From: an uncultured Muribaculaceae bacterium | GTDB lineage: Bacteria; Bacteroidota; Bacteroidia; Bacteroidales; Muribaculaceae | Reading direction: 5' to 3' | Assembly (NCBI GenBank): GCA_910578395.1 | Contig: CAJTPZ010000003.1 | Span: 25,476-89,475, forward strand | DNA length: 64,000 nt | Part shown: positions 1-9,700 of the stretch, piece after piece | Layout: each line of letters begins with the position of its first letter | Position numbering within the stretch: the first letter of the stretch is position 1 | Notes under the pieces: model-generated | The model's database searches: none | Seen by the model: the letters and a program-made list of their open reading frames with translations, nothing else | Told to the model about the DNA's origin: nothing | Made by a program: the position numbers and the translations under genes

Positions 1-158
1 TCACGAAGGGTCGTCTCAACAAGTTCTTCAAGGAGTCGGTTCTTATAGAGCAGGAGTTTGTGAAAGATGCAAATCTCACAATCGGCCAGTATCTTGAGAG
101 CGCTCAGAAGGGTCTTGTTGCTGTATCGTTCAAGCGTGTAAATCTCAATCAGGATTAA
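1..158 (+). CDS. tsf: Elongation factor Ts, C-terminal end (partial, runs off the 5' window edge)
   Basis: Frame 3 is open from the window edge to TAA at 156-158. Translation TKGRLNKFFKESVLIEQEFVKDANLTIGQYLESAQKGLVAVSFKRVNLNQD matches the conserved EF-Ts C-terminus (KGRLNKFFKE...). A hairpin terminator follows. Confidence 0.75.
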   Translation, partial: TKGRLNKFFKESVLIEQEFVKDANLTIGQYLESAQKGLVAVSFKRVNLNQD

Positions 159-182
159 TCATCCTGCCAAGGAATAGTAGAA

Positions 183-219
183 ATCGGGCTGTGCCAAAAG
201 CGGTGCAGCCCGATTTTTA
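183..219 (+). terminator. Rho-independent terminator after tsf
   Basis: Stem ATCGGGCTG (183-191) pairs with CAGCCCGAT (206-214), followed by TTTTT. Confidence 0.7.
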
Positions 220-262
220 TGCAGTTATTCTGCTTCTTATGTGGCATGTAACAGTGGGGTGG

Positions 263-1207
263 TTAAAGCATGATGGTGTAGGTGTCGTAGACTGTTGCGC
301 GGGCGCCAAGACTACATTTATGCCGGACCAGCCCCTGGTTAAGATACATGCCGTTTTGCTCGTTGGAAGTGCCGAGGTCAAGGTACATGCAACCGCTACA
401 AAGATGGTTCAGCACGTATTGGTAAAGTTTCGGAAATGCGTTTATTTCTCTGCCTCGTTCTGTGGATGCGGCATACTGGAGATGCATTACCGTGCTTGTA
501 CGATAGAATAGGGCGCCGGCGACTATTTCGTCATGTTCCAGTGCTGTCACCAATATTATGTTATCGGGAAATCTGGTTTTCAGTGATATTATTTCTTCTA
601 AACTGTGAACCGGAGTGGCAGAGTATCTGTCATGCAACAGTGTCTCAAGAATATCCCAAAAATGGTGAATACGGTCGCTACAGGAGATTGTCACACTGTG
701 GGTGGATCGAACCTTGCGGCGTGATGTTTTGTCGAATGCCATGGGCGCGGGTATGTAAATTGTCGATGACAGCCGACGGGACATCAGTGTTGCACCTGAC
801 CTAAAAAGCGCATATAAGTCCTCTTCGGCCGGATAAAGGTGGTAGATGTGTGGTACTGGTTTATATATAAGCTGTTTTATGCCGTCACGACGCATAATGT
901 CAAGCGAATCATCCCATAGTGTCATCATGGATATGATGTCGAATCCTGATCCGGGTATAACCCATCCGCCATAGGTAAGTCCTTGGTGGGAATGGAGAGT
1001 GTTTTCATGAATATTTGCGGGAAGTATGGCGACAATGCGGCCGAGTCTGTCGCATGCGACAAGCGACCGGTCGGTGAACCGGTCGCTGTGGTAGTCCATA
1101 TAATCGCGTTTAAACAGGAATGTGCCGTTTTTGGATCTATCTACACATTGATCCCATTGCGCTTTGTCGGCAGTGGTATAGTGCCGTATATTAAAACGTT
1201 TGGTCAT
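263..1207 (-). CDS. GNAT-fold / FemAB-like acyltransferase family protein
   Basis: 314-aa ORF. Two-lobed layout with the C-terminal half (ALFYRTSTVMHLQYAAS...GREINAFPKLYQYVL) resembling FemAB/acetyltransf_6-type GNAT proteins common in Bacteroidota. Assigned from memory of the family only. Confidence 0.55.
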   Translation of the reverse strand: MTKRFNIRHYTTADKAQWDQCVDRSKNGTFLFKRDYMDYHSDRFTDRSLVACDRLGRIVAILPANIHENTLHSHQGLTYGGWVIPGSGFDIISMMTLWDDSLDIMRRDGIKQLIYKPVPHIYHLYPAEEDLYALFRSGATLMSRRLSSTIYIPAPMAFDKTSRRKVRSTHSVTISCSDRIHHFWDILETLLHDRYSATPVHSLEEIISLKTRFPDNIILVTALEHDEIVAGALFYRTSTVMHLQYAASTERGREINAFPKLYQYVLNHLCSGCMYLDLGTSNEQNGMYLNQGLVRHKCSLGARATVYDTYTIML

Positions 1208-1225
1208 CAGTCATATATCGGCTGT

Positions 1226-2401
1226 TTATCTTGCCGGATATGAATAATTGTTTGTGATTTTGCCGTCGCGTGCCTTTACCTTTATTTCAATACTTTTTTT
1301 ATCGGCGGTCACGTCAAGTATCTCATTGTTGGAGTTTACAATGATTGGAAACGCAACACCTTCTTCTCCAGGGGTATAGAGCGCATGCCTGTGAATGTGC
1401 CCGCTGAACATTACATCAACATTGGCTTTGTTGAGGATGGGAAGAAACTTGCGGCGTATTTCGCCAAGACCGTGCCATTCCCGTCCGACAGGAGGAATGT
1501 GAATAAGCACTACGCGATAGGTTGCGTTTTTGTATTCGGGTGAATTGACCACACCGCGCAGCCATTCAGCCTCAAGGGTACGGTAGTTGTCAAAGTCGGC
1601 AAGATCGCAATACTCTATATCGGAATCGGGTTTGTCTTCGCCTCCGTCAAGCACGACGAAGAATACAGGCCCGCTGTTGAATGTGTAGTAGGGTTGTCCG
1701 GTTGTGTTGGGGAATTGTTCTATAAAATTGTTTTGCATGCGTCCGCGTGTCTCGTGGTTGCCGCGGACCATGTAGAACGGGATCGATCGTGCATAGAGTT
1801 TCGACGTCTGGTTCAGGTAACCGTTGTAAAGTTGCTCCATTCGGTCCATGTTGTTGGTCATGTCGCCGTTGAGCACCATGAAGTCGAGTGAGGCTGAGTC
1901 AATCTGATGGAACAGGTCAACATATTTTTCGGTATCTTCGTGTATGTCATTGAGTATCGCGAAGTGTATCCGGTCTTTTTGTGCTCCTGTTGTGCGGAAT
2001 TCATAAGGTTCCGCGCCATATACTACCGAAGCCACAACATCTCCGTAGCGCACTTTTCTTTCGCCATTGTCGAATACTTCACGTGCATATATACGATATC
2101 GGTATTTTGTGTCGGGTTTAAGTCCGCGCACGGTAACGCGATGTATGGTTCCGGTGTTTTTGTGTCCGAAAAGCGAATCAAAATATTTAGGGCGTTCCCG
2201 TGCGTAGAAATGGCTTGCATCATCGGGAGCAATCTCAACCCACGCTACCGACGGCCTGTTTGTAGCCATTACGACTGTGACAGTGGAGTCGGTGAGATTT
2301 TGAAGATAGGGCTGACATATGAGTGAAAACTTTTCTTGGGCATTCAAGCCGATAAATGTCACGAGCAATAGCCCGAAGATGATTGATTTCAGTGTTTGCA
2401 T
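1226..2401 (-). CDS. Metallophosphoesterase, purple-acid-phosphatase-like, secreted
   Basis: 391 aa with an N-terminal signal peptide and a PAP-type N-terminal beta domain. Calcineurin-like motifs are present: DIHED, GDMTNN, GNHETR, VLIHIPP, SGHIHRH. Confidence 0.8.
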   Translation of the reverse strand: MQTLKSIIFGLLLVTFIGLNAQEKFSLICQPYLQNLTDSTVTVVMATNRPSVAWVEIAPDDASHFYARERPKYFDSLFGHKNTGTIHRVTVRGLKPDTKYRYRIYAREVFDNGERKVRYGDVVASVVYGAEPYEFRTTGAQKDRIHFAILNDIHEDTEKYVDLFHQIDSASLDFMVLNGDMTNNMDRMEQLYNGYLNQTSKLYARSIPFYMVRGNHETRGRMQNNFIEQFPNTTGQPYYTFNSGPVFFVVLDGGEDKPDSDIEYCDLADFDNYRTLEAEWLRGVVNSPEYKNATYRVVLIHIPPVGREWHGLGEIRRKFLPILNKANVDVMFSGHIHRHALYTPGEEGVAFPIIVNSNNEILDVTADKKSIEIKVKARDGKITNNYSYPAR

Positions 2402-2495
2402 GGTAAATCAGGTGTATTGTTGTCAAAAGCAGACTTATTGAAACAGCCACCTAAATTTACGAAAAATGTTGTCGTGCAGTATCTGTTTAGACATA

Positions 2496-4418
2496 TTATT
2501 TTCCGCACATCTCACTTATGTCCAAAGAGAGGCCTGCTGAAAATGTAGTGCCATTGGTGACAGGGGAGTTGTTGTAATAGTATTTGGGGATATAGTTAAA
2601 CAGGTTGTCGACTGACAGGATCACATTGACACCTCTCCAAACGTTTTGTGTGATATTCAGTTTGCAAATCAGATAAGACGGATAGGTAACTCTTTCGGTC
2701 GACGTGTAATCGGTGTAGGATGTGTATTCGTCGGCTGTAACCTGCGACAGAAAGCGGGCATTCAGGGCTATGTTGAAACTGTATTTCGGCCAGCTTCTGG
2801 CATAGTCTATACGTGCTGTCGCTGTGTGGGGGCGTGTAGCCGATATGACAGGTGTGCCTTTGCGTATATCTTCATGGGTATAGACATAGGACAGACGTGT
2901 ACCAAGTCCGAAATGTGTCCGCCAAGATAGACTGGCATCGACACCTACAATGTTCATGCGGGGGATATTGGTGTATATCATGCCGTTGAGGTAGCGGCTC
3001 CAGGCGGTAGTAATGCGGTCGTCAACTATATTGAAAAATCCTCCGGCATTGAAGTTCAGTAGCCCACGGCTGTATTCTCCCGAGATCTGGAAATTGTTGC
3101 TTGATTCGGCTTTAAGGTTTGGATTTCCATAGATCATGAATACGGAAGCCATATCGAAATCCATATACATCTCTTTGAGCGACGGAGCCCTGAACCCGCC
3201 TGAATATGATCCGCGCAGGTTCCAACGACCGAGTTTGTACATTGCGCTGATTTTGGATGAGGCGTGCTTCATGCGCGACATCGAGAAGTAGTCGTAACGC
3301 AGCCCGGCGATTATATTGAGCCTGGGTATGAAATTCATGTCGAGCTGTGCGAATCCGTCGGCTGTGATTTGTTTTTTGTGGCCGTTGTCGCTGAACTGGT
3401 AGCTGAGAAGATAGTCACGCATGACATCGGCTCCGGCAGTGAGTATGAATCCACCGGGAAAGGAGTGGTTGAATATTGCCCGGCCGCTATGCTGCACATT
3501 GCTGTATTTGCGGATATCTTTGCTGCTGGATATGACAAAGTCACTTTTGTCGTATTGGTCGAAATTGTATGACAACTCAATATCGCTCTTGGGTGATATT
3601 GTATAGAATCCGCGCAATCCACCGTTGAAGTCGCGGTAGCGGTCGTTTGTGACATCCGATGAACTTCTCTGACGGAAGAAATAGCCTGCACGGGCTACTA
3701 TTTTGAGTTTATCAAATGGTGTGATAGAGAGACGCTCTTTGAAGTTCCATGTGTGGCCGCCAAAGAATTTGTTGTATTCGCCGGGATTCTTGAAACTATA
3801 AGAGTCTATGGATGTGCGCTGGATTGTGGTCAGGCTGCTTACTATGCCGGCCCTGAACCCTGCATCGGCAACATATCGTTGCTCATTATGGGATCCGTAT
3901 CGGGCGCTGACAGAGGCTTCCCACGGTTTGGTAAGCTCTCTGCTGATGAGGTTTATTACACCTCCTACTGCATTTGAGCCATAGAGAGATGATGATGCGC
4001 CTTTTACAATTTCAATGCGTCCGACATCGGCAAGATTCAATCTGCTGTAATCTATATTGTCGAGAGTCTCGCCTGCCAGACGTTCACCATCGACAAGAAA
4101 CAGCACTGAATTACCACTGAAGCCCTGCATGTTCAGTGATACCTGCTGATTCATCGAGTAGGTAAATTCAATTCCTGGCAACTCTGCCTGCATCAGATCG
4201 CTGATGTTTGTCGCGTCGACTTTTTTTATGTCTTTCTCTGATATGACACGGGTTAGAATAGGAGAGTCTTTTAGTAATTTGGGTGTACGGGTTCCGGTCA
4301 CTACGACCTGATCGATATTTATGCTGAAATCAAAAACAGAATCAGGATCAATGTCGTGTGCCGACATTGACAGAAAGCATGTTGTGATAACTGTCGTTAT
4401 TGCCCGATACTTTTTCAT
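2496..4418 (-). CDS. TonB-dependent receptor (HmuR/BtuB-like size class)
   Basis: 640 aa with a signal peptide. Plug-domain motifs VVVTGTRTP, DLMQAELPGIEF, FLVDGERL and IEIVKGASSSLYGSNAVGGVINLI, followed by a long beta-barrel. Overlaps the upstream HmuY-like gene by 4 nt. Confidence 0.85.
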   Translation of the reverse strand: MKKYRAITTVITTCFLSMSAHDIDPDSVFDFSINIDQVVVTGTRTPKLLKDSPILTRVISEKDIKKVDATNISDLMQAELPGIEFTYSMNQQVSLNMQGFSGNSVLFLVDGERLAGETLDNIDYSRLNLADVGRIEIVKGASSSLYGSNAVGGVINLISRELTKPWEASVSARYGSHNEQRYVADAGFRAGIVSSLTTIQRTSIDSYSFKNPGEYNKFFGGHTWNFKERLSITPFDKLKIVARAGYFFRQRSSSDVTNDRYRDFNGGLRGFYTISPKSDIELSYNFDQYDKSDFVISSSKDIRKYSNVQHSGRAIFNHSFPGGFILTAGADVMRDYLLSYQFSDNGHKKQITADGFAQLDMNFIPRLNIIAGLRYDYFSMSRMKHASSKISAMYKLGRWNLRGSYSGGFRAPSLKEMYMDFDMASVFMIYGNPNLKAESSNNFQISGEYSRGLLNFNAGGFFNIVDDRITTAWSRYLNGMIYTNIPRMNIVGVDASLSWRTHFGLGTRLSYVYTHEDIRKGTPVISATRPHTATARIDYARSWPKYSFNIALNARFLSQVTADEYTSYTDYTSTERVTYPSYLICKLNITQNVWRGVNVILSVDNLFNYIPKYYYNNSPVTNGTTFSAGLSLDISEMCGK

Positions 4419-5074
4419 ACTCCCGCATTATATTGATATTCAATAGTGAGGTATCCCTTTGATCCTGCCTGATTCACATAATTGGCAAGTCGCAGGAACA
4501 CTTTTCCGCCATCGGCAAGCCGTACGGAAAATACTTTACCTGAGTGGACATATACGGGAGGCATGATCTGTATGTCTACCGACATCCATGACGAAATGAC
4601 ACGGTTGTACCATGATTCACAGTAGACAATATTTCCGCTCATCATGTCGGCCAGATCGACTGCGATTTTATCATTGGTCCATGTATCGGCTTCATATTCT
4701 CCTACAGAAAAACCGTCGCCTTTGATTGCCGATGCCACAGTCTGGGCTGTCGTCGGCGCTGCCATGGCACCATTGGTTTTTACGTCGTAGTGATGCAAGG
4801 CTATATCCCAGTTTTCAGGCGCTTGGTCAAATATTCCGAGGGTTTCGACCGATTGTTCGCTGAAATCTATGTATATCCAATGAAGAAAGTCAGTGGCGTC
4901 GATATATATAGTACCGGGGGTGGATTCTGTACAGGGAACTGTAAATCCAAATTCAGATTCACCGTTACCGTTGTTATCTTCAGGAGAATCGTATATGTCT
5001 GCGAATATACCATTGCATGCCATGATCGGCAGCATAAGCATGATCGTTGCAGACAGTCTCAGCAGTTTGATCAT
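4415..5074 (-). CDS. HmuY family (heme-binding-like) lipoprotein
   Basis: 219 aa with lipobox LPIMAC. Motifs IYIDATDFLHWIYIDFS...WDIALHHYDVKTN and KVFSVRLADGG...KGYLTIEYQY parallel Porphyromonas HmuY (IDAS.Y..W.YFSF...WD.ALHRYDV; FFVRGADG...KG.ITFTY). Operon position is directly upstream of the TonB-dependent receptor. Confidence 0.7.
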   Translation of the reverse strand: MIKLLRLSATIMLMLPIMACNGIFADIYDSPEDNNGNGESEFGFTVPCTESTPGTIYIDATDFLHWIYIDFSEQSVETLGIFDQAPENWDIALHHYDVKTNGAMAAPTTAQTVASAIKGDGFSVGEYEADTWTNDKIAVDLADMMSGNIVYCESWYNRVISSWMSVDIQIMPPVYVHSGKVFSVRLADGGKVFLRLANYVNQAGSKGYLTIEYQYNAGV

Positions 5075-5081
5075 TTTTTTA

Positions 5082-5918
5082 TCAGTGGAGCGTTACTGTC
5101 AGTCCGCCCATGACATCGGGAATGGAGAAAATAAATTCAACGTCTTTTTGGTCGTCGCTCACAGTTCCCGATAGAGTAAACGGATATACTTCAGGAGCAG
5201 TGCCCATACCCATTGTGATCTCGCCATTTCCGGTTATAGTCGCAATCTTGTTTTTTTCATCGTAGGTTACCTCTGTATCTTCAGTGGAAAATATGCCATA
5301 AGGTGAGCCCTCGTAGACCAGTTTTATTTTTGTATCGTCTATCGCTTCGATAGTCACACTCTGGTCATCAAAATTCTGTGTGAAATAATTGCTTTTTCCT
5401 GTTCCGGTGCAATCGTATTGACCTGAAATAATATATGTGGCCGGTGCGGTTCCTTCAAAAAATTCGATTGTAAAGCCATTCATCACCGACGGCATTTTGA
5501 ACGCTACGCTTATCTTTCCATCGGATAGTTTGCCTTTAGCGGTGCAATCATAAGTATTGGCAGTGGTGCCGTCAGGTTTAATTGGGGTTGTGTCATCGGG
5601 CATACCCATGACTGTTTTGCCGTTGCCCTCGAACGTATAGACGCCGGTAGGATCGGCATAAACTTTGGCTTCCGGAATCTCAAATGTGCCCCATGTAGTT
5701 GATGTGAACTTTATGTTGGCAATGTCTCCGCTTACAGAAGTAATGGATATTTTTTGATCAAGAGCGATCATTTTATTGAAATACCTACTTTCTGCGACTG
5801 TATATCCGCTGTAGGTTCCAGCTATGTTTGCGGCTATGTTTTCCGAAGGCTCGTCACTGCTGCATGACGCTGCAGACATGACTATTGCGGAAGCAATAAT
5901 AGTTTTATATAATCTCAT
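5082..5918 (-). CDS. Calycin/lipocalin-like surface lipoprotein with two tandem domains
   Basis: 278 aa with lipobox SAASC. Two internally similar halves, each ending in GNG[KE].[TV]MGM ... [MI]P[SD]VM[NG]G[FL]T[IV]. First gene of the HmuY/TonB-dependent-receptor operon. Confidence 0.55.
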   Translation of the reverse strand: MRLYKTIIASAIVMSAASCSSDEPSENIAANIAGTYSGYTVAESRYFNKMIALDQKISITSVSGDIANIKFTSTTWGTFEIPEAKVYADPTGVYTFEGNGKTVMGMPDDTTPIKPDGTTANTYDCTAKGKLSDGKISVAFKMPSVMNGFTIEFFEGTAPATYIISGQYDCTGTGKSNYFTQNFDDQSVTIEAIDDTKIKLVYEGSPYGIFSTEDTEVTYDEKNKIATITGNGEITMGMGTAPEVYPFTLSGTVSDDQKDVEFIFSIPDVMGGLTVTLH

Positions 5919-6071
5919 AATTATTTGGAAACTGATTCAGAAATTAAAAAATAAGTCCGGATACGATGATGTAATTTTCCCGGTAAATGAGACGGTAAAG
6001 TTACGTTTTTTTTCTGAACCGTGTAATTGAGTCATCGAAAATATTGTTGTGAATTTATTAAATTTGCATTT

Positions 6072-6761
6072 ATGAAACAACTTGTTGTGATATCACTTTT
6101 TATGGCGTCATGTGTGAATGTTTTTTCGCAGCCTGAGTGCGATGTTTCTCCGGGTGAGTTTGATATAAGGCTGGAAGCCATGGGATTTGTTGATGTCAGG
6201 GAAATTGATCCGGTGATTGTGGTTGATCTCATGTATGCCAGGGATGACAATTTTGTCGGTCATGCCATGTATGACGGCCTTACGAAGGCATGGCTTCATC
6301 CGGAAGCCGCACATGCGTTAAAGCTTGCACAGGAAGAGCTTACCAGGCGTCATAAGGGATATTCACTTAAAGTATGTGATGCCTCGCGGCCTATGTCGGT
6401 TCAGAAACAGATGTATCAGGCCGTGCGAGGTACATCGAAAGTCAGATATGTGAGCAACCCGGCCAATGGCGGTGGCCTGCATAACTATGGAATGGCGGTG
6501 GATGTGACTATTGTGGATGAGCACGGTGTGGAACTCGACATGGGGACAAAGGTCGATCATCTTGGAAAAGAGGCCGGCATTGACAATGAGAGTGAAATGC
6601 TGTCAGAAGGTATTATTTCTGTTAATGCGGTTGAGAACCGCAGATTATTACGACAGGTTATGCGCCATGGTGGTTTCCGGGTGCTTCCTTCGGAATGGTG
6701 GCATTTCAATCTTGTGAGTCGCGCGAAAGCCAAGACTTCCTATAAACTGCTTGATTTCTGA
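6072..6761 (+). CDS. M15 family D-alanyl-D-alanine dipeptidase (VanX/DdpX-like), lipoprotein-type signal
   Basis: Motifs VCDASRP, SNPANGGGLHNYGMAVDVTIVD and EWWHFNL match the VanX-type zinc dipeptidase. The ATG at 6072 (MKQLVVISLFMASC) is preferred over the ORF-track start at 6027 because it gives a signal peptide. Confidence 0.8.
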   Translation: MKQLVVISLFMASCVNVFSQPECDVSPGEFDIRLEAMGFVDVREIDPVIVVDLMYARDDNFVGHAMYDGLTKAWLHPEAAHALKLAQEELTRRHKGYSLKVCDASRPMSVQKQMYQAVRGTSKVRYVSNPANGGGLHNYGMAVDVTIVDEHGVELDMGTKVDHLGKEAGIDNESEMLSEGIISVNAVENRRLLRQVMRHGGFRVLPSEWWHFNLVSRAKAKTSYKLLDF

Positions 6762-6787
6762 ATATTCAGGCTGATAAGATTTAGATT

Positions 6788-9700
6788 ATGATTAAAAAGT
6801 ATTCCTACCCTGAATGCACGATAGAAGTAGAATATGTACCGGGGTTGACATACGTTGGTGCTTTATATGATCATTGCGGTATTTCCCGCGTGAAAATCAG
6901 CAATATCTCCGATATCGGCTGGAATACAATTACAGTGTCTATTACCGGAAGTTTTATACGGCCAAGTGTGAGGGTGTATGGGGGAGTGCCATCAGGTGAG
7001 ACTTCCGAGATTATACCGGATCGTCTTGATGTGATATTTGACAGGATATGTCGTCTTGATGAGAATATCGATTCTGAAATAAGGTTGACTGTATCGGCCG
7101 ATGATATGAAGTTTGATACTGTGTTTCTGCCACTGAAGGTTTATAACAGAAATCATTTTTCAGGAGAATCAGGTCATTTTGAGGAGCTCGCGGCTTTTGT
7201 GGATCCTGATCATGAATTGGTGGGGAAAATTGTTGGAACAGTGTCGGTGCCCGGTAACGGACAGTCTGATGAATTCGGAATGTTGCGTAAAAAGGTCGAA
7301 CAGATTTATTGCGCTGCTAAGGATCAGGGATTTTCTTACAGAGATGTTTTCTTCAGAGCCGACAGAGGGCAGGATGTGTCGACATGTGATGTGCTTGTCA
7401 GGCAGGAACGCGGAAACACTCTTGATCTTGCGTTGCTGTTCTGTTCATGCCTTGAACGCATTGGCATACGATCGAGCCTGATATATTTTGATACACAAGT
7501 TCTGGTAGGTGCATGGACTGACAGCGCTCCTGTAATTGAGGCCGCGGTGACAGCATCGGCAGAAAATATATATGGGCTCATTGCGTCGGATCGTCCGTTG
7601 CTTGTGCTTGCTGATCCGTCGGGAGTAGCGACTGGCAAAACATTTGAAGATGCCAATTATTCAGCCAATAAATTGTTGCTTAATGAAGAACCACGTTATC
7701 TTGTCGATATTGCCGCAGCCCGTCGCAGTGGTGTAGTGACAATGGTACGGAAGGATGATGAGACGATATTGCAGCAGGATGATAGAGAGAATGCAAAAAC
7801 AGAATCAATCTTAAAGCCTTTTGTCGAAAGGAATTCAACGCTTGCTGAGACTTGTAGAAATGGTGAAGAAGATATAATGACACCGATGTTATCGGATTCG
7901 TCACAGGCGGGAGCCGTGAGAAAGGCGGATTCAGGAGTGTCGATGATTTTAAATGCCCCGGCAGGAACCGGGAAAGTCAAGACTATTGTAAATATCATAG
8001 CCAATGCTTTATGTAAAAATAAACGTGTACTTTATGTCGCGTCTGACAAAGCATTGCTCGATAAGGTGAAATGTTGTATTGATGCAGTCGTTGATGAGTC
8101 TTTAGAGTCTGATATGCCCAATGGCTTTGACGGTAGGAGAGAAAATCTTGAGAGATTTTGCGAGGCACTTCATGGTCAAGCTGCCGACGGTTTGTCGTTG
8201 TTTGATGTAATTGAACGTTATTATGGTATATCAGGAGATTTTATAGAGCTTACATCGGCTAAAGCAAGTGAAATGGACGCTTCACAGGCCTATAAAGTGG
8301 TGGAAGTATTGAAATCTCTGGATGATATCATGAGTCTGTATGGCAAGCATCCTTCGCGTCTGCCGCTTGTCGGAATTTATCCGAGAGTGCGGACGAGTCG
8401 CGGACAGGCCCGTATAGAGGCTTTTCTTGAGGAGTTTCCCCGATTTGTCAGACGAGCGAAGAGGAGAGAGCGCTGTATTTTCAACCGTTGGTTTTTTCAT
8501 CATGATGCGATGCACTATCTTGAAAGAGTCGAGCAGTGGAACACATTTAGGCGTCTTGTTGTGATTGACGATAGACTTACCGTTGATATAGATAGAATCG
8601 AAGGAAGTGTGAAAAGATGGTACGAGTCAAGGCATCTTTTTGAAGACTGGACACCGTTTGCCGACATTGTGGTGGAACTTAACAGGCTCGGTGTATTCAA
8701 TGTTCTGGATTATTTTCTTGAAGGTCATAGCGGAAAAGAGACAGCCGATGCTTTTCTCAAGGGATATTATTTCGCACGGGCCAGAAACACTATAAATAGC
8801 AAAAAAATCTTGTGTGATTTCGATGTGTCAGGTCATGAATCAGATATAAAGGCATTCCGAAGGAGCATAGATGACATGGTGATAAGGTATCGCCGTGAAT
8901 TTAAAGTTGCCGACAGCCGCGGATTGACCACCACGTCTTTAGCTGATATTGATGCTAAAGCTGAGAATGAAGCTTATGATATTGTTGTTATAGATGATGC
9001 CGGATATGTTTCAGCAGAGGACGTCGCTGGTGTCAAGGATTCTGCACAACAGATTGTTCTGGCAGGAGATGACCGTATTGCCGAGCCGCAATCGCTGTTG
9101 GCTGATGCTATTGCAGAAGGTTTGCCTGAATGCAATCTTGAGTATCATACAAGGTCACGTCATGAAAGTCTTGTCGGTTTTCGTAACAGGATTTTCTATA
9201 ACGGTGATTTAAAAACTTTCGCATCGGCCAATGACCTTGAAAGAAGGGTGTTTTATGTCAATCCCCGCGGAATGTTTGACAGTGTGGCAAAAACAAATAT
9301 GACAGAGGCTCTGGCTGTTGTTGAAAAAATAAAGTCGGGTTATAATGCAATACGGTCGATAATTGTTGTCGCGGTTACAACTGAGCAGTACTTGTTGATA
9401 AAGAAACTACTTGACGCAACTGTTGGGAAACATGATGATATTATCAAAGTCATGCAACTCGAAGATGTGCGGGGAAATGAAGAATGCGACGAGCTTGTTT
9501 TGTCGGTTGTATATGCACCTGATAAAGATGGGTGCGTGGCATTGGATATGGGCACGCTAAGTAAGAAAGGCGGTGAGCGGCAACTCAACAAGGTATTGTC
9601 ATTGCCTTCCGTGGAACTGACAGTATTCTGTTCGCTTAGGCCTGTGCATATTCCCGACGATGATACTATACCTCATGGAGTGCGTATTTTGCGGAAACTC

